Assembly (NCBI GenBank): GCA_965219685.1
Contig: CBDCOH010000002.1
Coordinates: 512,001 to 576,000, forward strand
Direction: 5' to 3'
Length of the DNA stretch: 64,000 nucleotides
Origin: Candidatus Spongiisociaceae bacterium
GTDB taxonomy: Bacteria; Actinomycetota; Acidimicrobiia; Spongiisociales; Spongiisociaceae
Position numbers and translations under genes: made by a program
In this document: positions 20,868-30,449 of the stretch, in pieces
Layout of the letters: each line of letters begins with the position of its first letter
How positions within the stretch are numbered: the first letter of the stretch is position 1
The notes under the pieces: generated by a model
The model's input: only the letters and a program-made list of their open reading frames with translations
Told to the model about the DNA's origin: nothing
Databases searched by the model: none

Positions 20868-22931
20868 GTGCTCCGAAGATCGCTGCTCGTAGTGCTGCTG
20901 GTGGGGCTGATTCCCGCGATAGTTGCCGATGCCCACCATACCCCCGGGTTCGTTTTCGAGGGCGCGGGATGGGGTCACGGCGTCGGAATGAGCCAGTGGG
21001 GCGCCTACGGGCAGGCGGTCGCCGACCCGGCCAAGCCGGGTGAGGACATCGCCGCCTATTACTACCCGGGCTCCGAACCGGCGACGATGGGCGATCTCTC
21101 CCTTCCCAACGGCCTGCTGTACACGCTGGACAACCCGCTGTGGGTGAATCTGGGTTCTCAGATCACCCTCTTGGAGTTCACCGCCGTAGGAGGCCCGCTG
21201 GACCTGTGCCTGGAGGGTGACGGCGAGGGCCCCTGCCCGAAGCCGGAGCATCCGGGGGCGGGTGAGCGGTGGGAGTTCCGCCGCGTCGCCCGGGGCGAGT
21301 GCGGCTTCTTCCGGGACGGTGAACTCCAGGGTACCTCCGGGAATTGTCGAGCTGCCATCTCGTGGCCTGATGCCGACGGGGTGCGGTTACGTCACGGCGA
21401 GGACAGAAGCAAGCTGTGCGCATCTCGTACCAGCGAGGATTGCGAGTACCGGCACGGGGAACTGAAGATACGGGACGACCCCGTGGAGTTGGGCTTCCAC
21501 GTGGTCCTGGCGGTCGGGCTAGAGGACTACCTCCGAGGCATTGCCGAGGTCCTGGATCACTGGGAGGCGCCAGGGGTGAACGAGGCCCAAGCGATTACCG
21601 CCCGCTCGTATGCCGCTTTCAAGTTCTTCCAGCGGGAAACCGAAACCCGTCCGGCGAATCCCGACGTCGATCCTGGAATCAGCGCCTCCCGCAAGGACAG
21701 GTGCTGGTGCCATCTCTACGACGACACCAGGGACATGAACTACATCGGTTGGGCGAAGGAGACCCGATCTGACGGACAGCCCTGGATCGATGGGGTGGAG
21801 GCGACCAGGGATCGGGTTCTCACCTACTTCGGCGACGGATGGGAGAGGTTCACGAAGGGGGGGATCGTGCAGGCCTTCTTCTCCGCTTCGTCCGGTGGGA
21901 TCACCCAGAGCAACGTGTACGGCTTCTTCACGGAGTGGAACGGCAAAGCGCCCGCGGCACACGAGTGGCCTTACCTGACGCCTGTCGAGGACCCGTGGGA
22001 CGTCGACCCGGTGGTGGGCAACCCGCACCGCTCCTGGGAACGACGGGTGAGTGCCTCCGACATCGCACGCTGGTTGGGCTGGGAGGAGGTCACCGAGGCG
22101 AGCCTGGTGGCGGGGTCGACCGTCGCCGGACCTGCCCACGTGCGGTTCAGCGGTGTCCTCGACTCCGAACCCCGGTCGGTGACTGTCGCCGGCGCACGAT
22201 TGCGGACGGCGCTGGGTCTGAGATCCTCCAACATCACGGCGATCGACGGGGCCCTCCCGGCTCCCGCCGATACCGTCGATCACGAGCAGGCTCCCCCCGT
22301 CCCCGATGATGAGGATCCCACGCTGGACGTCGGCAATGACGGTGAGAACCTCGGAATAGCCTTCGACATACTCCCGAACTTCCCGGATGCCGTGGGCTCG
22401 GTACATGCCGACGCCATCCAGGCCATCCGCCAGCACAGCATCACCGAGGGCTGCGGGGACGGTTTCTACTTCTGCCCCGAGGATGTGGTGACGAGAGCCG
22501 CGACGGCGACCTTCCTGCGGAGGGCCCTGGAACTCGAGGAGGTGGAGGGCAGCCGGTTCTCGGACGTCCCCCCCGGGCATACCCATCGCGGATCCATCTA
22601 TGCCATTGCGGAGTTGGGAATCACTTCCGGCTGCGGTGATGGAAGCCGTTACTGCCCCGACGATCCCACCTCGAGGGGGGCGATGGCCGTCTTCCTGGCC
22701 CGTGCCCTGGAGCTCGAGGCGGATGACGTTGAGACCGGGAGGTTCGCCGATGTTCCCGAGACGCATCCGTTCAGGTCTGAAATACACGCGATTGCGGAGC
22801 GGGGGATCACGGTCGGATGCAGGGAAGGGTTCTTCTGCCCGGAGGCCCCCGTCACGAGGGGGGCGATGGCAACGTTCCTCGCCCGCGCCTTCATCTGGAA
22901 TGGGACTTCAACCCCGGGTTCGAACCAGTAG
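20868..22931 (+). CDS. SpoIID/LytB domain protein with C-terminal SLH domains
   Basis: Signal peptide, GAGWGHGVGMSQWGA, LEDYLRGIAE, AQAITARSYA, LGLRSS; three FxDV..H..GIT.GC..P...TR..MA.FL.RA repeats. Confidence 0.9.
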   Translation: MLRRSLLVVLLVGLIPAIVADAHHTPGFVFEGAGWGHGVGMSQWGAYGQAVADPAKPGEDIAAYYYPGSEPATMGDLSLPNGLLYTLDNPLWVNLGSQITLLEFTAVGGPLDLCLEGDGEGPCPKPEHPGAGERWEFRRVARGECGFFRDGELQGTSGNCRAAISWPDADGVRLRHGEDRSKLCASRTSEDCEYRHGELKIRDDPVELGFHVVLAVGLEDYLRGIAEVLDHWEAPGVNEAQAITARSYAAFKFFQRETETRPANPDVDPGISASRKDRCWCHLYDDTRDMNYIGWAKETRSDGQPWIDGVEATRDRVLTYFGDGWERFTKGGIVQAFFSASSGGITQSNVYGFFTEWNGKAPAAHEWPYLTPVEDPWDVDPVVGNPHRSWERRVSASDIARWLGWEEVTEASLVAGSTVAGPAHVRFSGVLDSEPRSVTVAGARLRTALGLRSSNITAIDGALPAPADTVDHEQAPPVPDDEDPTLDVGNDGENLGIAFDILPNFPDAVGSVHADAIQAIRQHSITEGCGDGFYFCPEDVVTRAATATFLRRALELEEVEGSRFSDVPPGHTHRGSIYAIAELGITSGCGDGSRYCPDDPTSRGAMAVFLARALELEADDVETGRFADVPETHPFRSEIHAIAERGITVGCREGFFCPEAPVTRGAMATFLARAFIWNGTSTPGSNQ

Positions 22932-23873
22932 GAACCCGGTCCCCCACGCCAGGTGCATGGTCGGCATCACCACCGGCAGCAGCGCCGCAGCCCGGTCACC
23001 ACGACGTATCGATTCGGTGATGGCGGCCACCGCGAGAAATGCCGCGTAGACGGCTGGAACCAGCCACCACAGGGGGACTCCGATCAAGCCCAGTAGCGCC
23101 GACAGCAACAAGCCGACAACCAGGAGGGGAGGAGCCGTCTGGCGGACCGCCAGCGAGCCCGGATTCCGCACCAGCATCACCCGTTTCCACCTGCCGTAGT
23201 CGAGGTACTGTCGCCACAGCGTGCCTAGCGACGAGCGGGGTCGGTAGGTGACCCGGAGCCGGGGGTCGAACCAGACGAGCTTCCCGGCGCGCCGGATGCG
23301 GTAGTTGAGCTCGTAGTCCTGGTTCCGCTTCAGACTCGGATCGAATCTCCCTATCTCCTCCAGTACCTCCCGGGGGAAGGCACCCAGGTACACGGTATCG
23401 GTCGGTCCCGCTGCCTTCGAATACCGGAATCGGGCGTTGCCCACCGCGAAGGGGGAGGTCATCGCAATAGCAACGGCGCGCTGAAGGAATGTGGCGCCCA
23501 CGGCCCTCTGGTGGCCGCCCACGGTGGCCGCGCCGGTTTGATCCAGCAGTTCGACGGCCAGACGCACGTAGTCGGGCGCCGGCTCGGCGTGTCCGTCGCA
23601 TCGCACCAGGATCTCTCCCCGGGAGGCTTCGATGGCGCGGTTCAGACCCGAAGCGACCCACGAATCGGGATTGTCGACCAACCGGAGCCGGGGTTCGGAG
23701 GCAGCCCGGCCGGCGAGGATGGCCGGGGTCTCGTCGGTGCTTCCACCGTCGGCGACCACGACCTCGAGAGGGCCGGGATAGTCCTGGCCGAGGACCGCGT
23801 CCAGAGTCGCCCCGATGTGGGCGGCTTCGTTCCGGACTGCCATTACCACAGACACGAGAGGGAGTTCGGGCAT
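22908..23873 (-). CDS. GT2 glycosyltransferase (ExoA-like)
   Basis: VSVVMAVRNE, ADGGSTD, RCDGH, NQDYELNYR, QYLDYGRWK. Confidence 0.9.
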   Translation of the reverse strand: MPELPLVSVVMAVRNEAAHIGATLDAVLGQDYPGPLEVVVADGGSTDETPAILAGRAASEPRLRLVDNPDSWVASGLNRAIEASRGEILVRCDGHAEPAPDYVRLAVELLDQTGAATVGGHQRAVGATFLQRAVAIAMTSPFAVGNARFRYSKAAGPTDTVYLGAFPREVLEEIGRFDPSLKRNQDYELNYRIRRAGKLVWFDPRLRVTYRPRSSLGTLWRQYLDYGRWKRVMLVRNPGSLAVRQTAPPLLVVGLLLSALLGLIGVPLWWLVPAVYAAFLAVAAITESIRRGDRAAALLPVVMPTMHLAWGTGFLLVRTRG

Positions 23874-23880
23874 GGGCTTC

Positions 23881-24019
23881 AGTTTATGGTTCGTAGTCTA
23901 TAGTCTGTAGTCTTTAGTTTGTAGTATGTTATGCTTTTTCTTTGATTGATAGTGGTATTCCATTTAAGAGACCGGCTACCGGCTACCGGCTACCGGCTAC
24001 CGGCTACCGGCTACCGACT
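23881..24019. repeat. Heptamer array pair: degenerate AGTYTRT x7, AT-rich core, ACCGGCT x6-7
   Basis: agtttat ggttcgt agtctat agtctgt agtcttt agtttgt agtatgt ... accggct x6 accgact, between divergent genes. Confidence 0.9.
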
Positions 24020-24033
24020 AGTGTCTAGCGACC

Positions 24034-24726
24034 ATGCTCGGGCCCGAAGCGGTGTTCAATCCCGGATCGTTGCTGGCGATGTGGGCCGCGGGGATCGCCG
24101 GATCGGCGGCGGTGGTGGCCCGATGGAGGATCGTGGGACCGGGCTACATCTGGCTGTCCGTTGGTGTGGCGGGTCTCGTAGGGGGAGGCGCCTGGTTCTT
24201 CGAGCCCGGCCCGGTTGTGGCCGCGGCTTGGTTGGCGGGGTTCGGGGCCGGGCTCGCCGCGAGACGCAACACCACGGGAGTCGTCCTCCTGGCGCTCTCC
24301 GCCGTGCTGTACCTGGTCTCGGCCTCCTCGTCGGGTCTTCCGGCGCCGGCGTTGACCGGGAGCGTTGCACTGGGGGGAATAACGGGCGAGATGCTGCTCG
24401 GGCACTGGTACCTGGTGGACCCGCGCATACCCCGCCGCCCGCTCCGGAGACTGGCGGCAGCGGGTGCTTTGGGGGTGGTGATCGACGCGGCGGTCGTCCT
24501 CATGCGGGCTCTTCCACTGGCCGGCTCGACGACCGGGCTGGTCATCTCGATCGGGCTCGCCGCTATGAGCTTCCTGTTGATGGTGGCGGTCTGGTTTGCC
24601 CTGCGGTACCCCTCGTATCCCGGAGTGATGGCAGCCACCGGCCTCAGCTACCTTGCGGTGCTCACGTCGCTCGGGGCGGTCAGCGCCCTGAGGGTCCTGG
24701 TCGTGGGGGAGGTGACGCTTCGGTAG
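24034..24726 (+). CDS. Conserved hypothetical integral membrane protein
   Basis: About 7 TM segments, MLLGHWYLV and ATGLSYLA motifs; coherent codon usage. Confidence 0.7.
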   Translation: MLGPEAVFNPGSLLAMWAAGIAGSAAVVARWRIVGPGYIWLSVGVAGLVGGGAWFFEPGPVVAAAWLAGFGAGLAARRNTTGVVLLALSAVLYLVSASSSGLPAPALTGSVALGGITGEMLLGHWYLVDPRIPRRPLRRLAAAGALGVVIDAAVVLMRALPLAGSTTGLVISIGLAAMSFLLMVAVWFALRYPSYPGVMAATGLSYLAVLTSLGAVSALRVLVVGEVTLR

Positions 24727-24731
24727 GATCA

Positions 24732-24759
24732 ACCGGGGCGGTCCGCCGGCCGCCCCGGT
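24732..24759. terminator. GC-rich stem-loop
   Basis: ACCGGGGCGG-8nt-CCGCCCCGGT just after the stop; no U-tract. Confidence 0.45.
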
Positions 24760-24787
24760 CCCAGCCGTCGAACAGGGAGCAATGCAC

Positions 24788-26233
24788 GTGGATATCAAGT
24801 TCGTTCCGGGCTTGGCCGATGCCCGGGCCGAAGCCGGAGTGTTGGGGCTCTCGGCCCGTCCCGGACCCGTATGGTCGGGAGAGGTGGATGACTACGTGGA
24901 CTCCCTGGGAGCGGGATTCCACCAGGCCCTCGAAAGCGGCCGGTTCGAAGCCAAGGCCGGCCAGAGCGCAGTGTTCCACACGGGTTCGGACCGCCCCCAC
25001 ACCGTCGTGGCACTCGGTCTGGGGGATGACCCGGATGCCGACACGGTGAGGAGGGCGGCGGGAGTCCTGGGTCGCAGGTCATCAAGGGATTCGGTGGTCG
25101 CCACCACGCTCGTGGACGCCGGTCCGACCCGAGCGGTGATCGAGGGCTTCATCATGTCCCAGTACTCGTACGACCGGTACCTGAGCTCACCGGATCCGGC
25201 GGTCACCGAGTCGCTCGTGCTCGTAGGTGACGGAGACCGGACGGAGAGCCGGGCGGGCATCGCCGTGGCCGAAGCGGTGTGCTGGGCACGGGATCTGGTG
25301 AACGCCCCGCCCCAGGACAAGGCGCCCACCGCCATCGAGGGCCAGGTCGCGGAGTTGGCCGATGATCTCGATCTGAGGTTGGAGGTCTACGACGAGGCTG
25401 CGCTGGCCGAAGGTGGTTTCGGGGGAGTGCTCGGTGTGGCAGCCGGCTCGGATCGCCCGCCCCGCCTGCTGGAGTTGTGGTACGAGCCGGACGACGCCGC
25501 TGCCTTCGTCGCCTTCGTGGGCAAGGGCATCACCTTCGATTCCGGCGGCTTGAGCCTCAAGCCGGCCAAGGCGATGGAGACCATGAAGACCGACATGTCG
25601 GGGGCGGCGGCCGTGATCGGCGCCATCCAGGCGATCGCCCGGTTGGGTCTACCGGTGAGAGTGCTCGGCCTGACCCCGTTCACCGACAACATGCCCGGCC
25701 CGCTGGCCACCAAGCCGGGCGACGTACTGACCACCCGTAACGGCAAGACCATCGAGGTGCTCAACACCGATGCCGAGGGCAGGTTGGTGCTGGCCGACGC
25801 TCTGGCTCTGGGCGTCGAGTACGGACCCGATCTCATGGTCGACCTCGCCACCCTGACCGGTGCCTGCAAGGTGGCGCTGGGAGAGAAGATTGCGGGGTTG
25901 ATGGGCAACGACGAGAGACTGGTGCGCATGGTCGCACAGGCGGGGAAGGATGCCGGTGAACGCCTCTGGCACCTGCCGCTGCCCGGCGACTATCGCTCAC
26001 AGATAGATACGCCGATGGCCGACATGAAGAACATCGGCGGGAGGTGGGGAGGCGCCCTGACCGCGGCCCTGCTGCTGCAGGAGTTCGTCGGCGACGTTCC
26101 CTGGGTACATCTGGACATCGCCGGCCCGGCGCGCTGGCCGAAGAACGAGGCGTACCAGACACAGGGCGGATCCGGCTTCGGCGTGAGGACTCTGGTGTCG
26201 TTGGCCGCACACGTAGCCGAGAATGAGTGGTGA
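24788..26233 (+). CDS. pepA: Leucyl aminopeptidase (M17)
   Basis: VGKGITFDSGG, MKTDMSGAA, NTDAEGRLVLAD, DLATLTGA, WVHLDIAG. Confidence 0.96.
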   Translation: MDIKFVPGLADARAEAGVLGLSARPGPVWSGEVDDYVDSLGAGFHQALESGRFEAKAGQSAVFHTGSDRPHTVVALGLGDDPDADTVRRAAGVLGRRSSRDSVVATTLVDAGPTRAVIEGFIMSQYSYDRYLSSPDPAVTESLVLVGDGDRTESRAGIAVAEAVCWARDLVNAPPQDKAPTAIEGQVAELADDLDLRLEVYDEAALAEGGFGGVLGVAAGSDRPPRLLELWYEPDDAAAFVAFVGKGITFDSGGLSLKPAKAMETMKTDMSGAAAVIGAIQAIARLGLPVRVLGLTPFTDNMPGPLATKPGDVLTTRNGKTIEVLNTDAEGRLVLADALALGVEYGPDLMVDLATLTGACKVALGEKIAGLMGNDERLVRMVAQAGKDAGERLWHLPLPGDYRSQIDTPMADMKNIGGRWGGALTAALLLQEFVGDVPWVHLDIAGPARWPKNEAYQTQGGSGFGVRTLVSLAAHVAENEW

Positions 26234-26353
26234 GTGGTGAGTGGTGAGTGGTGAGTGGTGAGTGGTGAGTGTTGTGAAGTGATATACAATAGCAGTTCTC
26301 AGCATGCGTGGTATGCCCTCCACAGGCCACCAGCCACCAGCCACCAGCCACGC
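26224..26353. repeat. Heptamer array pair: TGAGTGG x6-7, core, GCCACCA x3-4
   Basis: Left array supplies the pepA terminal codons (NEW*); right array precedes the sugar transferase. Confidence 0.92.
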
Positions 26354-26389
26354 TAATCTCATCTTCGGTACCCGGCCGGCTGCGACGGG

Positions 26390-27670
26390 GTGATTGTGCG
26401 GCTCAGATTCTTGAGGACCCAGGTGTTGCTGGATGGAGTGACGCTGGCCCTGTCGATCCTGCTGGGGTCGCTGATCACCCTCGGTACCCCGTTTCCCTGG
26501 CTGTTCGAGCCGCAGGTGGTTTCCCTTCTCGCCATCATGTTCGGCGGCCTGGGCCTCGCCGAGTGGGGTGTCTCGAGGGTGCTGGTGGGGAGCGCCCCCC
26601 GTCCTTCGTACGGTCGGGCGTTCGCGGTGACGCTCATTGTTCTGGGGACGACCTCCCTGGCTCTCGTCGCCACCCGGGTCTACTTCTCGAGATCCCTGAT
26701 TGGCTGGTCGATGGCGTTGTTCCTGCTGGGGGCGGTGGGTCACCGCGCATTGCACCGTCGCCGGCCCTGGACGGAGTCGATGGTCCTCGTCACCGATGAG
26801 AAGGGGCTGGTCGACGACCTCCGTAATGCCCCGCACGCGAATGTGACCTCTGTCCTGGACCCGTCGACCACCGGGCAGATCGAGCCCCTATCGCCTGGGG
26901 TGGTGCTCGGGATAGACCTCAAGTCGGTGCTGTCCGACCGGATGGCTCAGTATGTGTCGTCGTGCACCCTGGCCGGGTTCGACGTACGTCCGCTCACCCA
27001 GGTGTACGAGATGCACACCGGCCGGATGCCGGTGGTTTCCCTGGCGGAGGGTTGGGAGCTCTCCGCACCGGTACTACGCACCGCTCCTTACCTGCCTGGC
27101 AAGCGCCTCTTCGACTTGCTGGCTGTACTGGTCACGGCTCCGCTCTCCCTCCTTCTAGCCGGGTGGGTAGCGGCCTCCATCCGTCTCAGTTCACCGGGGG
27201 CCGTGATCTTCCGCCAGACCCGGGTAGGCCGCAACGGAGTCCCGTTCGTGCAGTACAAGTTCCGCTCGATGTGGGAGGGCTCCGAACGTGCCGGGCCCTC
27301 GTTCACGCTGGAGAAGGACGACCGGGTAGTTCCCGTCGGGCGCTGGCTACGCCGTTTCCGGCTCGATGAACTCCCGCAGTTGTGGAACGTATTGAAGGGT
27401 GATCTGAGCTTGGTCGGTCCTCGCCCCGAGCAGGTGGAGTTCGTCGAGCGGTTCTCGCGCACCATCCCCTTCTACGAGCACCGCCACCTTGTCCGGCCCG
27501 GCCTCACCGGATGGGCACAGGTGAACTACGGATATGCCGACAGCGACGCCGACACGATAGACAAGCTCACCTACGATCTCTTCTACCTGAAGCACATGAG
27601 CCCATGGCTCGACCTGGAGATCCTCGGCCGCACCTGCTGGACCATCCTGAGCGGCTTCGGAGCGAGGTAG
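26390..27670 (+). CDS. Priming polyprenyl-phosphate glycosyl-1-phosphate transferase (bacterial sugar transferase)
   Basis: KRLFDL, FRQTRVG, YKFRSM, RLDELPQLWNVLKGDLSLVGPRPE, RPGLTGWAQV. Confidence 0.95.
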   Translation: MIVRLRFLRTQVLLDGVTLALSILLGSLITLGTPFPWLFEPQVVSLLAIMFGGLGLAEWGVSRVLVGSAPRPSYGRAFAVTLIVLGTTSLALVATRVYFSRSLIGWSMALFLLGAVGHRALHRRRPWTESMVLVTDEKGLVDDLRNAPHANVTSVLDPSTTGQIEPLSPGVVLGIDLKSVLSDRMAQYVSSCTLAGFDVRPLTQVYEMHTGRMPVVSLAEGWELSAPVLRTAPYLPGKRLFDLLAVLVTAPLSLLLAGWVAASIRLSSPGAVIFRQTRVGRNGVPFVQYKFRSMWEGSERAGPSFTLEKDDRVVPVGRWLRRFRLDELPQLWNVLKGDLSLVGPRPEQVEFVERFSRTIPFYEHRHLVRPGLTGWAQVNYGYADSDADTIDKLTYDLFYLKHMSPWLDLEILGRTCWTILSGFGAR

Positions 27671-27800
27671 TGGCTGGTGGCTTGTGGTCGGTGATTAGTG
27701 ATGGTCGGCAACGTCAGTAGGTGCTTCACCATTCACGATTCACCACTCACGACTCACGATTCACCACTCACGATTCACCATTCACCATTCACCATTCACC
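27668..27800. repeat. Heptamer array pair: degenerate TGGTGGC arm and AYTCACS x11
   Basis: Lies between convergent stops; the right arm encodes the moeB end (AGEW*). Confidence 0.92.
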
Positions 27801-28964
27801 AGCCCGGCAGGTCTGGTCGTAGTCGACCAGGGCCGGAGGTGTCTGCGGGTCGCCGCATGCGGGGCACCCGGGCGTCTTCCCGAACGTGAGGGTGCGGAAC
27901 TCCTGCGAGAGAGCGTCGTAGAGGAGTAGGCGTCCCACCAGCGACTCCCCGATGCCGAGTAGCCACTTGAGGGCCTCTGTCGCCTGGAGCAGCCCGATGA
28001 CTCCCGGCAGCACCCCGAGGACGCCGGCCTCTGCGCAGTTCGGCGCCAGTTCGGGGGGAGGAGGCTCCGGAAACAGACACCGGTAGCAAGGACCCGAACC
28101 CGGGTCGAACATGCTCACCTGGCCCTCGAACCGGAAGACCGACCCGTGGACGACCGGGATCCCGAGATGAATGGAGGCATCGTTGAGCAGGTAACGGGTG
28201 GGGAAGTTGTCGGTCCCGTCAACTACCAGGTCGTATCCGGCCAGGAGTTCCAGGACCCCGGCAGCATCGAGCCGCGAGTCGTACGTCTCCACCGAGACGT
28301 CGGGGTTGAGCCCTCTGATTGTGTCACGGGCGGACAGGACCTTCCGATCGCCGACCGACCGGACCGTGTGGAGAACCTGCCGCTGGAGGTTGGTGATGTC
28401 CACCCGATCATGGTCCACCATCCCGAGGGTTCCCACGCCGGCTGCCGCAAGGTAGAGGGCGACGGGTGAGCCCAACCCGCCGGCGCCGACGATCAGCACG
28501 CGGGAATCCAGCAGCTTACCCTGGCCGCTCTGGCCCACCTCGGGGAGCCGGATATGGCGGTCGTACCGTTGCTGCTGGGTCACCGAGAGCCCATCGGGGA
28601 GGTCCCATGCCCCTCCGCTCAGCTTCCAGGCCTGGAAGCCACCCGCCAGAGAGTGGATCCCGTCGTATCCCATCGTCTCGAGAGTCTGAGCAGCGAGCGC
28701 GGAGCGCGCGCCCGAGCCGCAGTAGAGAACGACCGCCAGGCCGCCGGGCAGGCCGGGCGGACCGACCAACTGGCCCACGGTCCCCTCCAGCACGCCGCGT
28801 GGGATGTGGAAGGCTCCCGGGATCTTTCCCTGCTCCCACTCGACGCCTTCCCGGACATCGACGAGTGCTACCTCCCTCGGGTCCATTTCGGCGAGTTCGG
28901 ATACAGAAATCTCGCGTATCCGGCGCCGTGCCTCCAGGACCAGTTCCAGGTACGAGGTTGCCAT
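27789..28964 (-). CDS. moeB: Rhodanese-ThiF fusion, molybdopterin-synthase adenylyltransferase MoeB/MoeZ
   Basis: N-terminal rhodanese (DVRE..EW, YCGSGARS), RYDRHI, GAGGLGSP, NLQRQ, CYRC..CPAC; start MATSY at 28964. Confidence 0.92.
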   Translation of the reverse strand: MATSYLELVLEARRRIREISVSELAEMDPREVALVDVREGVEWEQGKIPGAFHIPRGVLEGTVGQLVGPPGLPGGLAVVLYCGSGARSALAAQTLETMGYDGIHSLAGGFQAWKLSGGAWDLPDGLSVTQQQRYDRHIRLPEVGQSGQGKLLDSRVLIVGAGGLGSPVALYLAAAGVGTLGMVDHDRVDITNLQRQVLHTVRSVGDRKVLSARDTIRGLNPDVSVETYDSRLDAAGVLELLAGYDLVVDGTDNFPTRYLLNDASIHLGIPVVHGSVFRFEGQVSMFDPGSGPCYRCLFPEPPPPELAPNCAEAGVLGVLPGVIGLLQATEALKWLLGIGESLVGRLLLYDALSQEFRTLTFGKTPGCPACGDPQTPPALVDYDQTCRAGEW

Positions 28965-29050
28965 GGGCCTAGCGTAACCAGAGCGACGCGGAACCGAAGG
29001 ACCGTCCGATGGCTCCGGCCCGGACCGGCGACGCACGGCCCGGGAACCTC

Positions 29051-29809
29051 TCATGAATCCGCGAGCAGGGCGACGAGCCTGGTCAGGGCTTCTCCGGCCG
29101 CGTGTTCCACCTTGACATCGGCGCGGTCGTCGAAGTCGGTCGGGCCCATATTCACGATCACGAACGGGATGCCGCGGCTCGCGGCCACCAGCGGGATCTC
29201 GGCAGCCGGCCAGACGGAGAGCGTGGTGCCGACGGCCATCACCGCGTCCGCTCGGCGCGCCATGGTGTGAGCTCGGCTCATCTCCCCGGCGGGCATGGCT
29301 TGACCGAACGAGATCACGGTCAGCTTGATTATCCCCCTGCAGCGCGGGCAGTGAGGATCCTCGTCGCCATCCTCGACCCAGCCGAACACCTCCTGGGTGG
29401 GCCATTCGGCGGAGCACATCAGGCACCGGACCTTCCAGACGTTTCCGTGCACCTCGACGACCAGCCGGCGCGGTAGGCCGGCCGCTTGGTGGAGGCCGTC
29501 GATATTCTGGGTCACGCACCCTTCCAAGCGGCCCATCCGCGCCAGTTCCGCAACCGCCAAATGCGCCGCATTGGGCCGGGCGTCCCTGATCGGAGAGTTC
29601 GACCACCTGTCCCAGCTTCGCTTTCGGGCGGCGGACGAGGCCAGGTAACGGGTGATGGTGAAGTCGTCCGGGTCCACCTTGGTCCACAGACCGTCGGGAC
29701 CGCGGAAGTCAGGGATTCCCGACTCGGTGGAGACGCCGGCTCCCGTAAAGACCAGCACACGTTGGGAGCCGGAGAGCAGCGAACCGGCGCGTTCGATCGT
29801 ATCGGGCAT
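29051..29809 (-). CDS. cobB: NAD-dependent protein deacylase (sirtuin)
   Basis: TGAGVSTESGIPDFRGPDG, TQNIDGLH, HG, CxxC..CxxC, GTTLSVWPA. Confidence 0.93.
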   Translation of the reverse strand: MPDTIERAGSLLSGSQRVLVFTGAGVSTESGIPDFRGPDGLWTKVDPDDFTITRYLASSAARKRSWDRWSNSPIRDARPNAAHLAVAELARMGRLEGCVTQNIDGLHQAAGLPRRLVVEVHGNVWKVRCLMCSAEWPTQEVFGWVEDGDEDPHCPRCRGIIKLTVISFGQAMPAGEMSRAHTMARRADAVMAVGTTLSVWPAAEIPLVAASRGIPFVIVNMGPTDFDDRADVKVEHAAGEALTRLVALLADS

Positions 29810-29916
29810 GGTGGTCCCGATGGTAGGGGACCGTCGGTAGGGAAACCGGAGCGTATCGTCGCGGTTACGTATGCGTCACGCGCAAGTCGTAGTGCGCAAC
29901 TCGTCCAGCCCCCCGA

Positions 29917-30363
29917 TCAGAGCGAGGAGGGCAGGCCGGCAGCCTCGAGGTCCTGGGTGTGGCGTCGTCTGAGGTCCGGCGACAGCCGCGCCACATGGTG
30001 GCGACCGAGAGGGGGGATCCTGTCGCTGACCCAGACCGCCCGCTGTGCGTGGTGGACCAATCCTTCGCGGCACAGGACCGGCAGGTACAGAGGATGGGGG
30101 ATGGTCCGTTGGCGCTTGGCGGCGCATATCACCCGCAGCAACTCTTCCACCGCGCCGGGGCCGAGGATCGCGGTCCAGTACGTGCGGACGTACGGGTGGG
30201 ACGGCTCGAAGCCGGCGCCGGATCGACGCTGCCAGAGCCGGGGAGCAATCCGGTACCGTTTCTGGCCGGGGATGCGGACCGCGGCGCCCGGTGACGGCGC
30301 GATGTCCGTGGCGACGGGAGGACGATCGTCCAGACGGACTGTACCGGGCGCTGCGAACCGCAT
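29917..30363 (-). CDS. Hypothetical protein (YVRTYWTAILGP motif; possible truncated winged-helix)
   Basis: Standalone ORF between cobB and ponA with an AT-rich upstream region. Confidence 0.55.
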   Translation of the reverse strand: MRFAAPGTVRLDDRPPVATDIAPSPGAAVRIPGQKRYRIAPRLWQRRSGAGFEPSHPYVRTYWTAILGPGAVEELLRVICAAKRQRTIPHPLYLPVLCREGLVHHAQRAVWVSDRIPPLGRHHVARLSPDLRRRHTQDLEAAGLPSSL

Positions 30364-30449
30364 GTCCAGTACATTACCCTATTAACGATAGTTAACAAGA
30401 GTGTATTCTAAACAATATTTCGCGGTCGTCGCCTCTATGTGTGCGGTCG

